Source: an uncultured bacterium
Lineage (GTDB): Bacteria > Acidobacteriota > Polarisedimenticolia > Polarisedimenticolales > Polarisedimenticolaceae
Reading direction: 5' to 3'
DNA: 64,000 nucleotides
NCBI GenBank assembly: GCA_942490715.1
Contig: CALNYP010000047.1
Location: forward strand, 4,744-68,743
Each line of letters begins with the position of its first letter. Position 1 is the first letter of the stretch. The position numbers and the translations under genes are program-made. This document shows, piece by piece, positions 27,282 to 36,897 of the stretch. The notes beneath the pieces are model-generated. The model made no database searches and was not told the DNA's origin. It worked only from the letters and a program-made list of their open reading frames with translations.

Positions 27282-30200
27282 TCTCCGCGCCACGGTCCGC
27301 ACGTCGGGCCGCCCTGGGGATCGCGCTGCTGTGCGCGGCTCCGTCGTACTCTTCGCGCTCGATCCCTGCCGCGAACTCCTCGCTGACAACCGGACGGCTC
27401 TCGGCCTCCTTCACCGCTGACGGCGTCGAGATCCGGCCCTCGGGAGAGACTCCCGGCGACCAGTGGCAACTGCGAATCGACGGCTTCCGGCCCGGGGTGC
27501 TCGGCGAGGCCGGGGTCGTGATGCCGTCACTACCCGATGGCGATGGAACCTCCGTCGCGTACCGGCGACGGGAGGGCACCGAGAGCTGGAGCGCGACCCG
27601 GGAGGGACTCTCCGTACGGCTGGATCCCCGACTTCACGACGATCGATCCGGCTGGATCCTCGGCGTGCACACCGAGCTCGAGCTCCGGGATGTCACCGGC
27701 GGCGTCGCCTTCCTGCATCGAGGCCGACCGGTCGTCTCGTTGCGATCGGCCGACGACGGCTGGCGTGTCGGACTCTCGTCGTCACCAGCGCTGACTCCGG
27801 GTCGCCGATCCGTCGAGGTCTCCCCGGTGGGTTCGAGGGGCAGTACCTCGCCGACCCTGCAGCTGCGCGCCCTGGGCAGCGACACCGCACTGGCGGACGA
27901 GGTCCTGGCGACGGTGCCCCACTGGATCGTCGAGAGCAACCGCTCCGCGGCGACCTTCGGCGCGGCGGTCGCCACCGTGGGCGACGTGAACGGTGACGGC
28001 TACAGCGACGTCGTCGTCGGCTCCCCCACGTTCGCGTCGGGCGAACTCGACGAGGGGCGTGCGTTTCTCTATCGCGGATCGGCCGACGGTCTGTCGACCG
28101 CACCTTCGTGGACGATCGAGAGCAACGTCGTCGGCGCCCGCCTCGGTAGCGCCGTGGCCCCGGCGGGCGACGTCAACGGCGACGGCTACGCCGATTTCCT
28201 CGTAGCGGCCGACGCACTCTCCGCAGAAGTGACCAACGGCGGACGGGTGCTCCTGTTTCTCGGTTCCGCCGATGGCCCATCGACGACACCGGACTGGACC
28301 GCCGACGGCAGCCAGCAGGGTGAGCGGTTCGGCAGCTCCATCGCCCCTGCCGGCGACGTCGACGGCGACGGCTATGACGACGTGATCGTCGGCGCGCCGT
28401 TCCACGACGGCACGGTCGCCGACGAGGGACGGGCGGTGCTCTACCTTGGATCGCCGGCCGGCCTGGAAGTCACCGCTGCCTGGTCCGTCCTCGGAGCGCA
28501 GGACAACGCCCAGTTCGGCAGTGCCGTCGCCGGGGTCGGCGATCTCGACGGTGACGGCCACGCCGATGTCGCCGTCGGTGCGCCGGCGTTCAACGGCGTG
28601 TTCTTCGCCTCGGGCCGTGTATTCCTGTTTCGCGGGGCCGCCGATGGCCCCGCCGCCATGGCCGACTGGACCGCCGACGGCGACACGGTCTTCTCCTCCT
28701 TCGGCGCGGCGATCGCGCCGATCGGCGACGCCGGCGGCGACGGTCACGCCGATTTCGCGGTCGGTGCACCGACCGCGGGAACGACCGGCAAGGTTCACGT
28801 ATTCGTCGGCGCCGCAGGCGAGCCCCTCGCCGGTCCGGTGCTCGGCGGGCCGTCAGGCTCCGAACAGTTCGGTGCCACCGTCGCCACCGCCGGAGACGTC
28901 AACGGCGACGGCTACGCCGACCTGCTCGTCGGCGATCCGCTCTACGCCGACGGAGAGCTGGACGAGGGTGGTGCGTTCCTGTTCCTCGGTAGCGCAAACG
29001 GCCTCTCCACGGGAATGGCCTGGCAGGTGGAATCCGACGAGCCGAACGCCTCGTTCGGCGCCGCGGTCGGAACCGCCGGCGACGTCGACGGCGACGGCAG
29101 GAGCGACGTCATCATCGGCGCACCTCGTGCCGACAACGGCCAGGCCGACGAGGGGCGCGCCTTCTCCTACCTCGGCTCGACGACCCCGCCGGGGCGTGTC
29201 CCGGGCTGGGAGGCGACCGGGTTCTCCTTCGGCGAGCTGTTCGCCGGAGCGCTGGACTCGGCCGGCGACGTCAACGCCGACGGCTTCAGCGACGTGATCG
29301 TCGGAGCACCGTTCTACGCCGGTGGCCAGTCCGCCGAAGGGCGGGCGCTGGTCTACCTGGGTTCGAGCGAGGGGCTGGGAGCCGGGGCGCACTGGACCTT
29401 CGAACCGAACCTCCCCGTCGCCCTGGCCGGACGCTCGGTGGCCGGTGTCGGCGACGTCAACGGTGACGGCTACGCCGATGTGGCCGTCGGGGCTCCCAAC
29501 GTCAGCGGCACGCTGCCGGCTTCCGGACGGGTCTACCTGTTCCTCGGGCCGCTGGTCTCCGGTCAGGCACCGGACTGGCACGCCGACGGCTCGATCTCGA
29601 ACGGCGGATTCGGGCTGGCGATCAGCGGCGCGGGCGACGTCAACGGCGACGGCCTGGCCGACCTGTTGATCGGCGCGCCGGGACCGATCGAGGGGCAGCC
29701 GGCACGGGGTCGCGCCGAGCTTTACCTCGGCACCCACGATGGACTCGCGCAGACAGCGGCCTGGAGTTACGAGGGAAGCACGACCGTCTCGCGCTTCGGC
29801 AGCGCGGTCGCCTCGGCCGGCGACGTCAACGGCGACGGCTTCGGTGACGTCGTCATCGGCGCCCCGACGGTGGCGACCGAGTTGATTCGCGGCGAGGTGC
29901 TGCTGTTCCTGGGCTCCGTCGACGGCCTCTCCAGAGAGCCGGTCTGGCGCGCCGAATCGAGCCAGTCTCGATCGCTGTTCGGTTCGTCGGTCGCCGGAGC
30001 CGGCGACATCGACGGCGACGGTTTCAGCGACGTCGTCATCGGCGAGAACAACTTCAGCGGCGGCGAGCTGAGCGAGGGACGGGCCTCGCTTTACCTCGGC
30101 TCGCCGGCGGGTCTGTCCGGCACTCCGATCTGGGAGGTCGTCTCGGCCCAGGCCAACGCGCTGCTGGGAAGCGACGTCTCCGCGGCCGGCGACGTCGACG

Positions 30201-31576
30201 CCGACGGCTACGGCGATCTGCTGATCGGCCTCGCCGGCTACACCGACGACTTCGAACGCGAGGGTCAGGCGCGGATCTACCTCGGTGGCCCGGACGGCCC
30301 GTCGACGACCGCGGTCTGGTCCGTCACCGGCCGTTTCTCCGACGCGAAGATGGGCGACGCCGTCTCGTTCGCCGGTGACGTCGACGGAGATGGTGCCGCC
30401 GACGTGGTCGTCGGCGCGCCCCAGCACTTCGGCTTCCGTGGGCTGGCCCAGCTCTACTCGGGCAATCGCGGACCGGGACGGGCCCTGCCGATCACCCAGC
30501 GCAGGCTGCGGACCCGGCGGCCCCTCGGTATCGGGTCGACGGTGGACGGTGTCGGCGCCTTCCGCATGCATGCGCTGGCGGCGAGCCCCGCCGGCCGCGC
30601 CCGGGTCGGACTGGAGTGGGAAGCCCGCCCGGTCGGCACCGTCTTCGGCGGCACCTCTCCGGAGGTCGAACCGCTGGAAGACACCGGTGCGCCGACCGCC
30701 GCGGGCAGCGTGACCGTGGCCAATGTCGTCGCCGACGGCCTCGAAGCTGCGACGGCGCTGCACTGGCGCGCGCGATACCGCTCGGCGTCGCCGTTCTTCC
30801 CGCACTCGATCTGGCGCTCGGCGCCTCATCTCAGCATGGCGGAAACCCGCTTCCGGACCGCAGGGGTCGCACCCGCTCCGGCGTTCGGCCTGATCGGTCC
30901 CGCCGCAAACGAGCTGGTGTTTCCCGACGCGATTCCGCTGATCTTCTCCTGGCTGACCGGCGGCCTGAGCAACGTGCGGCTCGCGTGGTCGCTCAACCCG
31001 GAGTTCGTCGACGCCCTGGTGACCAGCCCGACGCTGTCGACGGCGAGCGACGGGGCGATCGCCGTCTACCGGCCCGACGACGCCCTGTGGCTCCAGATCC
31101 TGCGACTCGCCGCGGGCAGCCCGGAGATCCGTGACGTTCCGGTCTTCTGGCGCATCGAGGCCGACGGTGCGCCGACGCCGGACCTGCGGGTGCTACGCAT
31201 CGCGGCGGCCCGGGCCCCCGAGGTGACCTTCCCCCCGGACGGCTCCGAGTTCCTCGCGATCCAGCCACCGACGCTGATCTGGGAGCCGAATCACACCGAA
31301 GCCTACCGGATCGTCTTCGCCGCCGACGCCTCGCTGTCCGGCGAGGTGATCGAGACCAGCGCCGGTTACGACCTGACGGAACCGATCTACGACGTGCCGG
31401 ACGCCCTGTGGGCCCGGATCGTCGAACTGGCCGGTTCCAGCGGAAACCAGGTGCATTACGTGGTTTTCGCCCGGGACTCCCTGGACCGGATCACCTGGAG
31501 CCGGACCCGGACTCTGCGTATCATCCAGAGCAGTGCTACGCTCGGTAGCAGTCCGCCCGGCGGGAAACGCCGGTGA
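27257..31576 (+). CDS. Giant secreted FG-GAP (integrin-alpha-like) repeat protein
   Basis: ATG 27257 (MWRRNGTLIS...AALGIALLCAAPS) overlaps the previous gene by 25 nt. There are 14 FG-GAP units, each with a Ca-binding loop GD(V/I/L)(N/D)GDG(Y/F).D..(V/I)GAP. The C-terminus carries two copies of an about 110-aa domain (...SW...LAWS...DALW..I..LA...). Confidence 0.9.
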   Translation: MWRRNGTLISAPRSARRAALGIALLCAAPSYSSRSIPAANSSLTTGRLSASFTADGVEIRPSGETPGDQWQLRIDGFRPGVLGEAGVVMPSLPDGDGTSVAYRRREGTESWSATREGLSVRLDPRLHDDRSGWILGVHTELELRDVTGGVAFLHRGRPVVSLRSADDGWRVGLSSSPALTPGRRSVEVSPVGSRGSTSPTLQLRALGSDTALADEVLATVPHWIVESNRSAATFGAAVATVGDVNGDGYSDVVVGSPTFASGELDEGRAFLYRGSADGLSTAPSWTIESNVVGARLGSAVAPAGDVNGDGYADFLVAADALSAEVTNGGRVLLFLGSADGPSTTPDWTADGSQQGERFGSSIAPAGDVDGDGYDDVIVGAPFHDGTVADEGRAVLYLGSPAGLEVTAAWSVLGAQDNAQFGSAVAGVGDLDGDGHADVAVGAPAFNGVFFASGRVFLFRGAADGPAAMADWTADGDTVFSSFGAAIAPIGDAGGDGHADFAVGAPTAGTTGKVHVFVGAAGEPLAGPVLGGPSGSEQFGATVATAGDVNGDGYADLLVGDPLYADGELDEGGAFLFLGSANGLSTGMAWQVESDEPNASFGAAVGTAGDVDGDGRSDVIIGAPRADNGQADEGRAFSYLGSTTPPGRVPGWEATGFSFGELFAGALDSAGDVNADGFSDVIVGAPFYAGGQSAEGRALVYLGSSEGLGAGAHWTFEPNLPVALAGRSVAGVGDVNGDGYADVAVGAPNVSGTLPASGRVYLFLGPLVSGQAPDWHADGSISNGGFGLAISGAGDVNGDGLADLLIGAPGPIEGQPARGRAELYLGTHDGLAQTAAWSYEGSTTVSRFGSAVASAGDVNGDGFGDVVIGAPTVATELIRGEVLLFLGSVDGLSREPVWRAESSQSRSLFGSSVAGAGDIDGDGFSDVVIGENNFSGGELSEGRASLYLGSPAGLSGTPIWEVVSAQANALLGSDVSAAGDVDADGYGDLLIGLAGYTDDFEREGQARIYLGGPDGPSTTAVWSVTGRFSDAKMGDAVSFAGDVDGDGAADVVVGAPQHFGFRGLAQLYSGNRGPGRALPITQRRLRTRRPLGIGSTVDGVGAFRMHALAASPAGRARVGLEWEARPVGTVFGGTSPEVEPLEDTGAPTAAGSVTVANVVADGLEAATALHWRARYRSASPFFPHSIWRSAPHLSMAETRFRTAGVAPAPAFGLIGPAANELVFPDAIPLIFSWLTGGLSNVRLAWSLNPEFVDALVTSPTLSTASDGAIAVYRPDDALWLQILRLAAGSPEIRDVPVFWRIEADGAPTPDLRVLRIAAARAPEVTFPPDGSEFLAIQPPTLIWEPNHTEAYRIVFAADASLSGEVIETSAGYDLTEPIYDVPDALWARIVELAGSSGNQVHYVVFARDSLDRITWSRTRTLRIIQSSATLGSSPPGGKRR
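27940..30470 (+). repeat. In-frame array of 14 FG-GAP repeats (two predicted 7-bladed propellers)
   Basis: I counted 14 loops: VGDVNGDGYSD, AGDVNGDGYAD, AGDVDGDGYDD, VGDLDGDGHAD, IGDAGGDGHAD, AGDVNGDGYAD, AGDVDGDGRSD, AGDVNADGFSD, VGDVNGDGYAD, AGDVNGDGLAD, AGDVNGDGFGD, AGDIDGDGFSD, AGDVDADGYGD, AGDVDGDGAAD. Confidence 0.85.
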
Positions 31577-31595
31577 TCTCCGGCCGAGGGGCCCG

Positions 31596-33254
31596 ATGCG
31601 ACGATTCGGAACCAGTCACGCCGGCCTGACCCTGGTGCTGCTCGCCGCACTGGCGGCCGGAGTTGCGTGGGCCGGAATCGACGATGCCTACCGGCACTAC
31701 CGCAAGTCCGAGAGCAAGCTCGAACGCAACGAGCTGGACGAGGCGCTGGAGCTGGTCGAGCGGGCGATCAAGGCGCACCCCGAGTCCGGTGTGTTCCAGA
31801 TGGGCATCCAGCCCCGGGACTACTTCCCCTACTACCTCCGCGGCATGATCCGCCTGCGGATGGGCGAGGCGGATCTGGCCCTGGAGGACTTCCTCGACGA
31901 GCAGTCGCGGGGCGCGATCGAGCCCTCCTCGCCGCTGAACGCCGCGCTGTCGAGCCGCATCGATGAGGCGCGGGCGCTGGACAACGAGCGCCCCGAGGTG
32001 CGCATCACCTCGACCGAGATTCGCGAGTTCGAGTTCGTCAACCGCCACGGCGCCGAGATCGAGGAGGCGGAACTGCTGATCAGCGGCACGGCGGAGGACA
32101 CCCGCAGCGGAATCCGTTCGATCTCCGTCGCCGGCCGCGAGGTCGCCCTGACCGCCCGGGACGGCGTGCATCATTTCAACGAGACGATCCGGGTCGACGC
32201 CCGCTCGACCGAGCTTCCGGTGATCGTGCAGGACGCCGCGGACAACGTCACCACCTTCGATCATCCCATCGAGTTGCCGGCACTCTCCCTCGGCGAGCAG
32301 GCCGAGCGCATCCACGCCGTGATCGTCGGCGTCAACGAGTACGACCGCGGACACCTCGACGAGAACGGCGATTGCACCGAGGAGCTGCGCAGCAGTTGCG
32401 ACGGCCGCTTCACCTGCCACGCCCTGAGTGATCTGAGCTATTCGGTCGCCGATGCCCAGCGGGTCGCCGAGTTGCTCTACCGGCGCGGCGTTCCGGAGCG
32501 AAACGTCACCCTGCTCGTCAGCGGCGGCGGCACGAACGACGCCACCCGCGAGAACGTCGAGGCGGCGATCGCCCGGGCCCGGGAGGCCGACGGCGACAAG
32601 GTGCTGTTCTTCTTCTCCGGCCACGGAATGCTCTCGCGAGATCAGGACAACCTGATGATCCTCGAGAACACCCGGACCTGGGAGTGCGCCGATCGCACCG
32701 ACGACGAGGAAGAACCGCAGGCCGACGATCCGGTCCGGCGCGCGTCGCCCCTGGAAGAGACGGCGATCAGCGTGGCCAGCGTGGCGCGGCAGCTCAAGGA
32801 GAGTCGTTCCCCCGAACGCTACATCATTCTCGATGCCTGCCGCACGCCGGTGACCGCGACCAAGAGTGTCGGGACCAAGGAGATCCCCGGTTTCTCCGCC
32901 GAGGGGATCAAGGGCATCCGGCTGGTCCTCGAAGAGGTCGAGGAGGATCGCGGCCGCGACCCGATCATCTTCTACTCGACCCTCGAGCGTAAGGTCAGCG
33001 TCGAGTGGAACACCAAGGGCAGCGGCTACTTCACCTGGTTCCTGATCCAGGGTCTGCGTCGCAACCTGGCCCTCGACGAGCTGAAGCGTTTCGTCCAGGC
33101 CGGAGTCAAGCAGCAGACCCAGGAAGACCTGTGCGGCCGGGCCCAGGATCCGGAGCTGTGCGCCTACCTCCAGGCGCCGTACCTGCAGCTACCGCCGGAG
33201 CTCGAGCAGAACTACGACCTCCAGGCCCAGACCTACATCCTCGGCGGGAAGTAG
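31596..33254 (+). CDS. Extracytoplasmic caspase-like (peptidase C14) protein with N-terminal TPR-like and Ig-like regions
   Basis: ATG 31596 lies 19 nt after the FG-GAP stop. Signal peptide MRRFGTSHAGLTLVLLAALAAGVAWA. Caspase core IHAVIVGVNEYD..., catalytic His in FFFSGHG and Cys in IILDACR. Confidence 0.85.
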   Translation: MRRFGTSHAGLTLVLLAALAAGVAWAGIDDAYRHYRKSESKLERNELDEALELVERAIKAHPESGVFQMGIQPRDYFPYYLRGMIRLRMGEADLALEDFLDEQSRGAIEPSSPLNAALSSRIDEARALDNERPEVRITSTEIREFEFVNRHGAEIEEAELLISGTAEDTRSGIRSISVAGREVALTARDGVHHFNETIRVDARSTELPVIVQDAADNVTTFDHPIELPALSLGEQAERIHAVIVGVNEYDRGHLDENGDCTEELRSSCDGRFTCHALSDLSYSVADAQRVAELLYRRGVPERNVTLLVSGGGTNDATRENVEAAIARAREADGDKVLFFFSGHGMLSRDQDNLMILENTRTWECADRTDDEEEPQADDPVRRASPLEETAISVASVARQLKESRSPERYIILDACRTPVTATKSVGTKEIPGFSAEGIKGIRLVLEEVEEDRGRDPIIFYSTLERKVSVEWNTKGSGYFTWFLIQGLRRNLALDELKRFVQAGVKQQTQEDLCGRAQDPELCAYLQAPYLQLPPELEQNYDLQAQTYILGGK

Positions 33255-33260
33255 ACCGGC

Positions 33261-36200
33261 TCAGAGGCAGAACTTGCCGGTCCGCGGCTGGCCGTCGGAG
33301 CCGACCCCCAGGGAGCCGAAACCGACCGGGCAACCGTTGCGGGCCCGGGCCAGGTAGTAGAAGACGGTGTCCGGCGGCGGCAGCGTGGCGTCGATCGCCG
33401 TCGCGCCACCGATCTGGATCGAATCGATACACTCGGTCGCGGTGCTGAAATCGGCGGGGTCCGTCGTGCGCAACAGGTGCATCGTCAGCACGCCGCCGGG
33501 TTCGACCGGGGGCAGCCAGCGCAGCGTCGTCAGGCTGAGAAACGTCAACGGGTTGATCTCGCCGGGAGTGGCCCAGGCATCGGCATTGGCGTCGGTACAG
33601 TCGCCGGCGTCCGGGCCGTACCCGTCGGGCGCTTCGCAGGCGACGACATGGTCATCGGGGTCGCCGAACCCGTCGCCGTCGAAGTCGGCATACCAGTCGC
33701 TCGCGTCCTCCGCGCTGCTCTCGTCGATCTCGCCGTCGCAGTCGTTGTCGATACCGTCGAAGCAGACCTCGGGAGACTCGACCATCGGAATGCAGTCGTC
33801 GATCAGCGTGCCGTTGACGCATTGCAGGTTGCCGGTCGTCTGGCAGTTGCCTTCGCCGCAGAAGGTCACCGTCGGGACGTAGTCGTCGTCGGCCAGGTCG
33901 TCGCAGTCCTCGTCGACACCGTTGCAGGTGTCGTCGGGCTGGGGCTCACAGATCACCGTGACGCGCCCGGACGGATCGCCGAGCAAGATCATCTCCCGCA
34001 CCATGTTGATCGACACGGGCTCGGTCAGGAAGGTCTCGACCAGGGCGCCGGAGGTCGCCGTGCCCAGCGCCTCGACGCGGTCGGTGAACATCGTGCGATA
34101 GAAGATGCGCTGCAGGCGGTCGAACTCGCCGAGGAAACCCAGCGCCGACGGCGCCCACATTCCCAGTGCCCCTCCCGAGGCGCTGTTGTGGAAGGCCTCG
34201 GCGAGACTCGTCGTGCTGAACGGGTCTCCGATGAGACCGTTGAGACAGTTCAGCGCGACGACGAACGGCAGCCTGGTGAAGTTCGCCAGCGCGGCGGCGT
34301 CGTCGATCCCGAAGTAGGGGCCGTTGATTCCGCTGTCGGCCCAGAATCCGACGTTGCCGTGCCCGAGGAACGAGACCATCGCCGCGCCCTCTTCGATATC
34401 CGTGGAGATCGATGCGGTGGTCGCGCCCTCCCGGCGGTAGGCACTCTTGACCGTGTAGTGGTCGGGAAGGAACTGCGCCGCCTCTTCGAGGGAACTCTCG
34501 AAGGCCGCGTCGTTGGAGGCGACCTGCAGGACGTCCTTGAACCAGCGGCGGCTCTCCGGCTGCGCCTCGTAGGCCAGCACCTTGTCGATCATCAACCCGA
34601 TGCCGTTGGCCGAGTCCCGGGAGAACCGGCCGATCCCGACCTCGGGGAGGTCGTCGCCGTTGATCGAGCCGAACCAGTTGTCGGACATCGTCTCGCCCTG
34701 GGCCGAGGTCACGGTGAAGTGCGTCGGCATCTGGTGCTGGTGATTCGGCCGGTCCAGCCAGTTCTGCGGGTCGAGGTTCGGTACGCCGACCAGCATCGTG
34801 TAGGCCAGCGCCGGCGGGGTCCAGTGGGTGTAGGCGTAGGCGATCACGTCGCGAATGGCGACGTCGTCGACGTTGCCGCCGGCGAACTCGTCGGCGATGT
34901 CGGTCAGGCCGGCCAGGACGACCCGGAGCCCCTGGGCTTCCCGGGCCGCGACGAGATCGGCGAGCGCCGGCTCCCAGCCATCGGGCACGATGATCAGCAG
35001 GTCCGCGGCGTTGGCCGGGTCCCGCAGGTTCGAGACGACATCCAGCTCGAAGCCCGAGGCGGTCAGGCGGCCCGAGTCGCCGGCGAGCCAGTACCGCGCT
35101 CCCGCCGGGCTGCTCTCCTCGAACGAGACGGTGAACGGGCCGGATCCGAGAACGTCGAAATCGACGATCTCGACCGGTGCGAGAGGATTCGAAATGTCGA
35201 GCACGACCGGATCGAAGGCGGAGGTGAAGCTGGTCACCGGGTAGCGCAGCAGTCCGCCCGGGCTCGTCAACCGCAAGCGGTTGGAGATCGCGCGCAGCTG
35301 GCGCGGGTACTCGATCTCGATCCAGTCCAGGTAGTAGGCGTCGGGAAAGGCGATCTCCTGGTAGTCGATGCGGAAGGCGTTCGCGCCGGCCTGAAACAGC
35401 GTGCCGTCAAAGGGGAAGTCGGCGGTGTGGAAGGTCCGGCCGTTCCAGCTCGTCTCGCCGATCACGGTGCCGTTGACTCGCAGGCGTACCGAGTGGTCCG
35501 GATCGCCGATCGTGTCGGTGCGCCCGAAGAACAACGCACGGAACCTCGCCGGATAGGAGGTGACCTCGAGGCCGGGCAACGAGGCCGAGTGCGTCTTGGT
35601 CGTCACTCGCGGCGGGTTCGGGTTGTCCTCGAACCAGACCCAGTAGTAATGCGGGTCGCCGACCTGCGCCGGCGCGCCGAGGGTGTAGATGTCGTTCCCC
35701 TCCTCGAAGTGGATCGTCTCGGGGAAGACGTCGGGAACGCTGGCGGTTCCCGGCGGCGCCGAGCGGGTCGGAAAGCGCAGGCCGGGAGAGGGCATCTCGT
35801 CGATGAAGAAGACGTTCTCGCTGGAGAAGCGGCTGTTCGACGGGAAGTCCCGGCTGTTCGGGAAGCCGTAGAACTCCAGCTCATCCTGGGATCCGAAGAC
35901 GCCGTCGTCCTCACCGGTCACCCGGCAGGGGATCGGTTGACCGCGAAACGAGACCTGCAGGTTTCGCGGATCGACGGCATCGATCTCGAAACCGGCCCCG
36001 GCCAGCTGGCTCCGCGTGACGCGGTAGAGGCCCTCCTCGGCCACCCGGACCTTGACCCCAGGGCGAACGGGAAGAACAAGGCCACCCTTCGGCGGCGCAA
36101 CCGATTCCGGTGCCGGCCGGGAGTCGACCTGGGCCAGCGTGCGATGGTTCAGGATCCCGCGGCGGGCGATCCGTGCCTCGGGACCCGCAGGTGGCATCCG

Positions 36201-36797
36201 GGCGAAACCACGGGACGCACCGAAGTCGACCTGGAGGTCGATCGAGCGTGTGATCTCGATCCGTTCCTCGCCGGCGTTCCAGATCACCGGGTGAATCCGC
36301 AGGCGAGCGATGCGCAGACCGCGGTAGCGCAACAACTCCATCGAAACCGGCTGGGCCGGCCAGGGAGCATCGCGGCGAACTCGCAAGTGTGGCGGTTCCG
36401 CCGGCAACGCCTCGTCGATCTCCGCCGTCTCGGCCACAGCCGAATAGACCGGCCTCCCCTCGTGACCGACGAGAGGACCGAGCTGATACGAGTACCGGGG
36501 CTCGGGCCCTTCGGGTATCGCGATCGACACGACGATCGACGGGAGCTGGGGCGTGCCGGGTTCGAGCCACGGGTCGAGCCCGTCGATCGTCACAGTGCGG
36601 CTGCCGTCGACGGTCGTGCCGACGGTGACCGCATCCTCGGGAATCGTGACGGACAGACGTATCCCCTGCGCATCTTCGTGCACGATCTTCAAATGGCGCG
36701 AACCCGCATCCGCCGACGCCGTGACACTCGCGAGAGCAAGTGCGAGCACGGAAGCTGCCAGGCCACGCGAGATGTCTCGAATAAAGCTCATCCCCAC
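33261..36797 (-). CDS. Gingipain-like peptidase C25 family protein (PorU-like architecture) with MopE-like Cys/Asp motifs and the shared C-terminal module
   Basis: 1178 aa with a signal peptide. C25-type blocks (LLIIVPDGWEPALADLVAAREAQGLRV..., IRDVIAYAY). Clan CD dyad SFLGHGN ... VVALNCLNG, with His and Cys 38 residues apart. Then CNGVDEDCDD, CFDGIDNDCDGEIDE and DFDGDGFGDPD motifs. C-terminus LRWLPP...C...PPPDTVFYYLARARNGC..G.GSLG...C. The start is GTG 36797 or ATG 36791. Confidence 0.85.
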   Translation of the reverse strand: MGMSFIRDISRGLAASVLALALASVTASADAGSRHLKIVHEDAQGIRLSVTIPEDAVTVGTTVDGSRTVTIDGLDPWLEPGTPQLPSIVVSIAIPEGPEPRYSYQLGPLVGHEGRPVYSAVAETAEIDEALPAEPPHLRVRRDAPWPAQPVSMELLRYRGLRIARLRIHPVIWNAGEERIEITRSIDLQVDFGASRGFARMPPAGPEARIARRGILNHRTLAQVDSRPAPESVAPPKGGLVLPVRPGVKVRVAEEGLYRVTRSQLAGAGFEIDAVDPRNLQVSFRGQPIPCRVTGEDDGVFGSQDELEFYGFPNSRDFPSNSRFSSENVFFIDEMPSPGLRFPTRSAPPGTASVPDVFPETIHFEEGNDIYTLGAPAQVGDPHYYWVWFEDNPNPPRVTTKTHSASLPGLEVTSYPARFRALFFGRTDTIGDPDHSVRLRVNGTVIGETSWNGRTFHTADFPFDGTLFQAGANAFRIDYQEIAFPDAYYLDWIEIEYPRQLRAISNRLRLTSPGGLLRYPVTSFTSAFDPVVLDISNPLAPVEIVDFDVLGSGPFTVSFEESSPAGARYWLAGDSGRLTASGFELDVVSNLRDPANAADLLIIVPDGWEPALADLVAAREAQGLRVVLAGLTDIADEFAGGNVDDVAIRDVIAYAYTHWTPPALAYTMLVGVPNLDPQNWLDRPNHQHQMPTHFTVTSAQGETMSDNWFGSINGDDLPEVGIGRFSRDSANGIGLMIDKVLAYEAQPESRRWFKDVLQVASNDAAFESSLEEAAQFLPDHYTVKSAYRREGATTASISTDIEEGAAMVSFLGHGNVGFWADSGINGPYFGIDDAAALANFTRLPFVVALNCLNGLIGDPFSTTSLAEAFHNSASGGALGMWAPSALGFLGEFDRLQRIFYRTMFTDRVEALGTATSGALVETFLTEPVSINMVREMILLGDPSGRVTVICEPQPDDTCNGVDEDCDDLADDDYVPTVTFCGEGNCQTTGNLQCVNGTLIDDCIPMVESPEVCFDGIDNDCDGEIDESSAEDASDWYADFDGDGFGDPDDHVVACEAPDGYGPDAGDCTDANADAWATPGEINPLTFLSLTTLRWLPPVEPGGVLTMHLLRTTDPADFSTATECIDSIQIGGATAIDATLPPPDTVFYYLARARNGCPVGFGSLGVGSDGQPRTGKFCL

Positions 36798-36897
36798 CCG
36801 TTCCCATCCTTATTACGATGGGCCGGCCGGGCCAGCAACCGATATTCGGCGCTTCGCGGGCTTTCCACGGCCCGCTGGACCGCAGGGCGAGACAGCA

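Noticed and set aside
27940-30470. Regularly spaced about 30-nt GC-rich repeats (ggcgacgtcaacggcgacggctacgcc...) every about 190 bp, superficially CRISPR-like
   Set aside because: They are in frame and encode the GDVNGDGYAD calcium loops of FG-GAP repeats inside one long ORF. The 'spacers' are homologous to one another and there are no cas genes.
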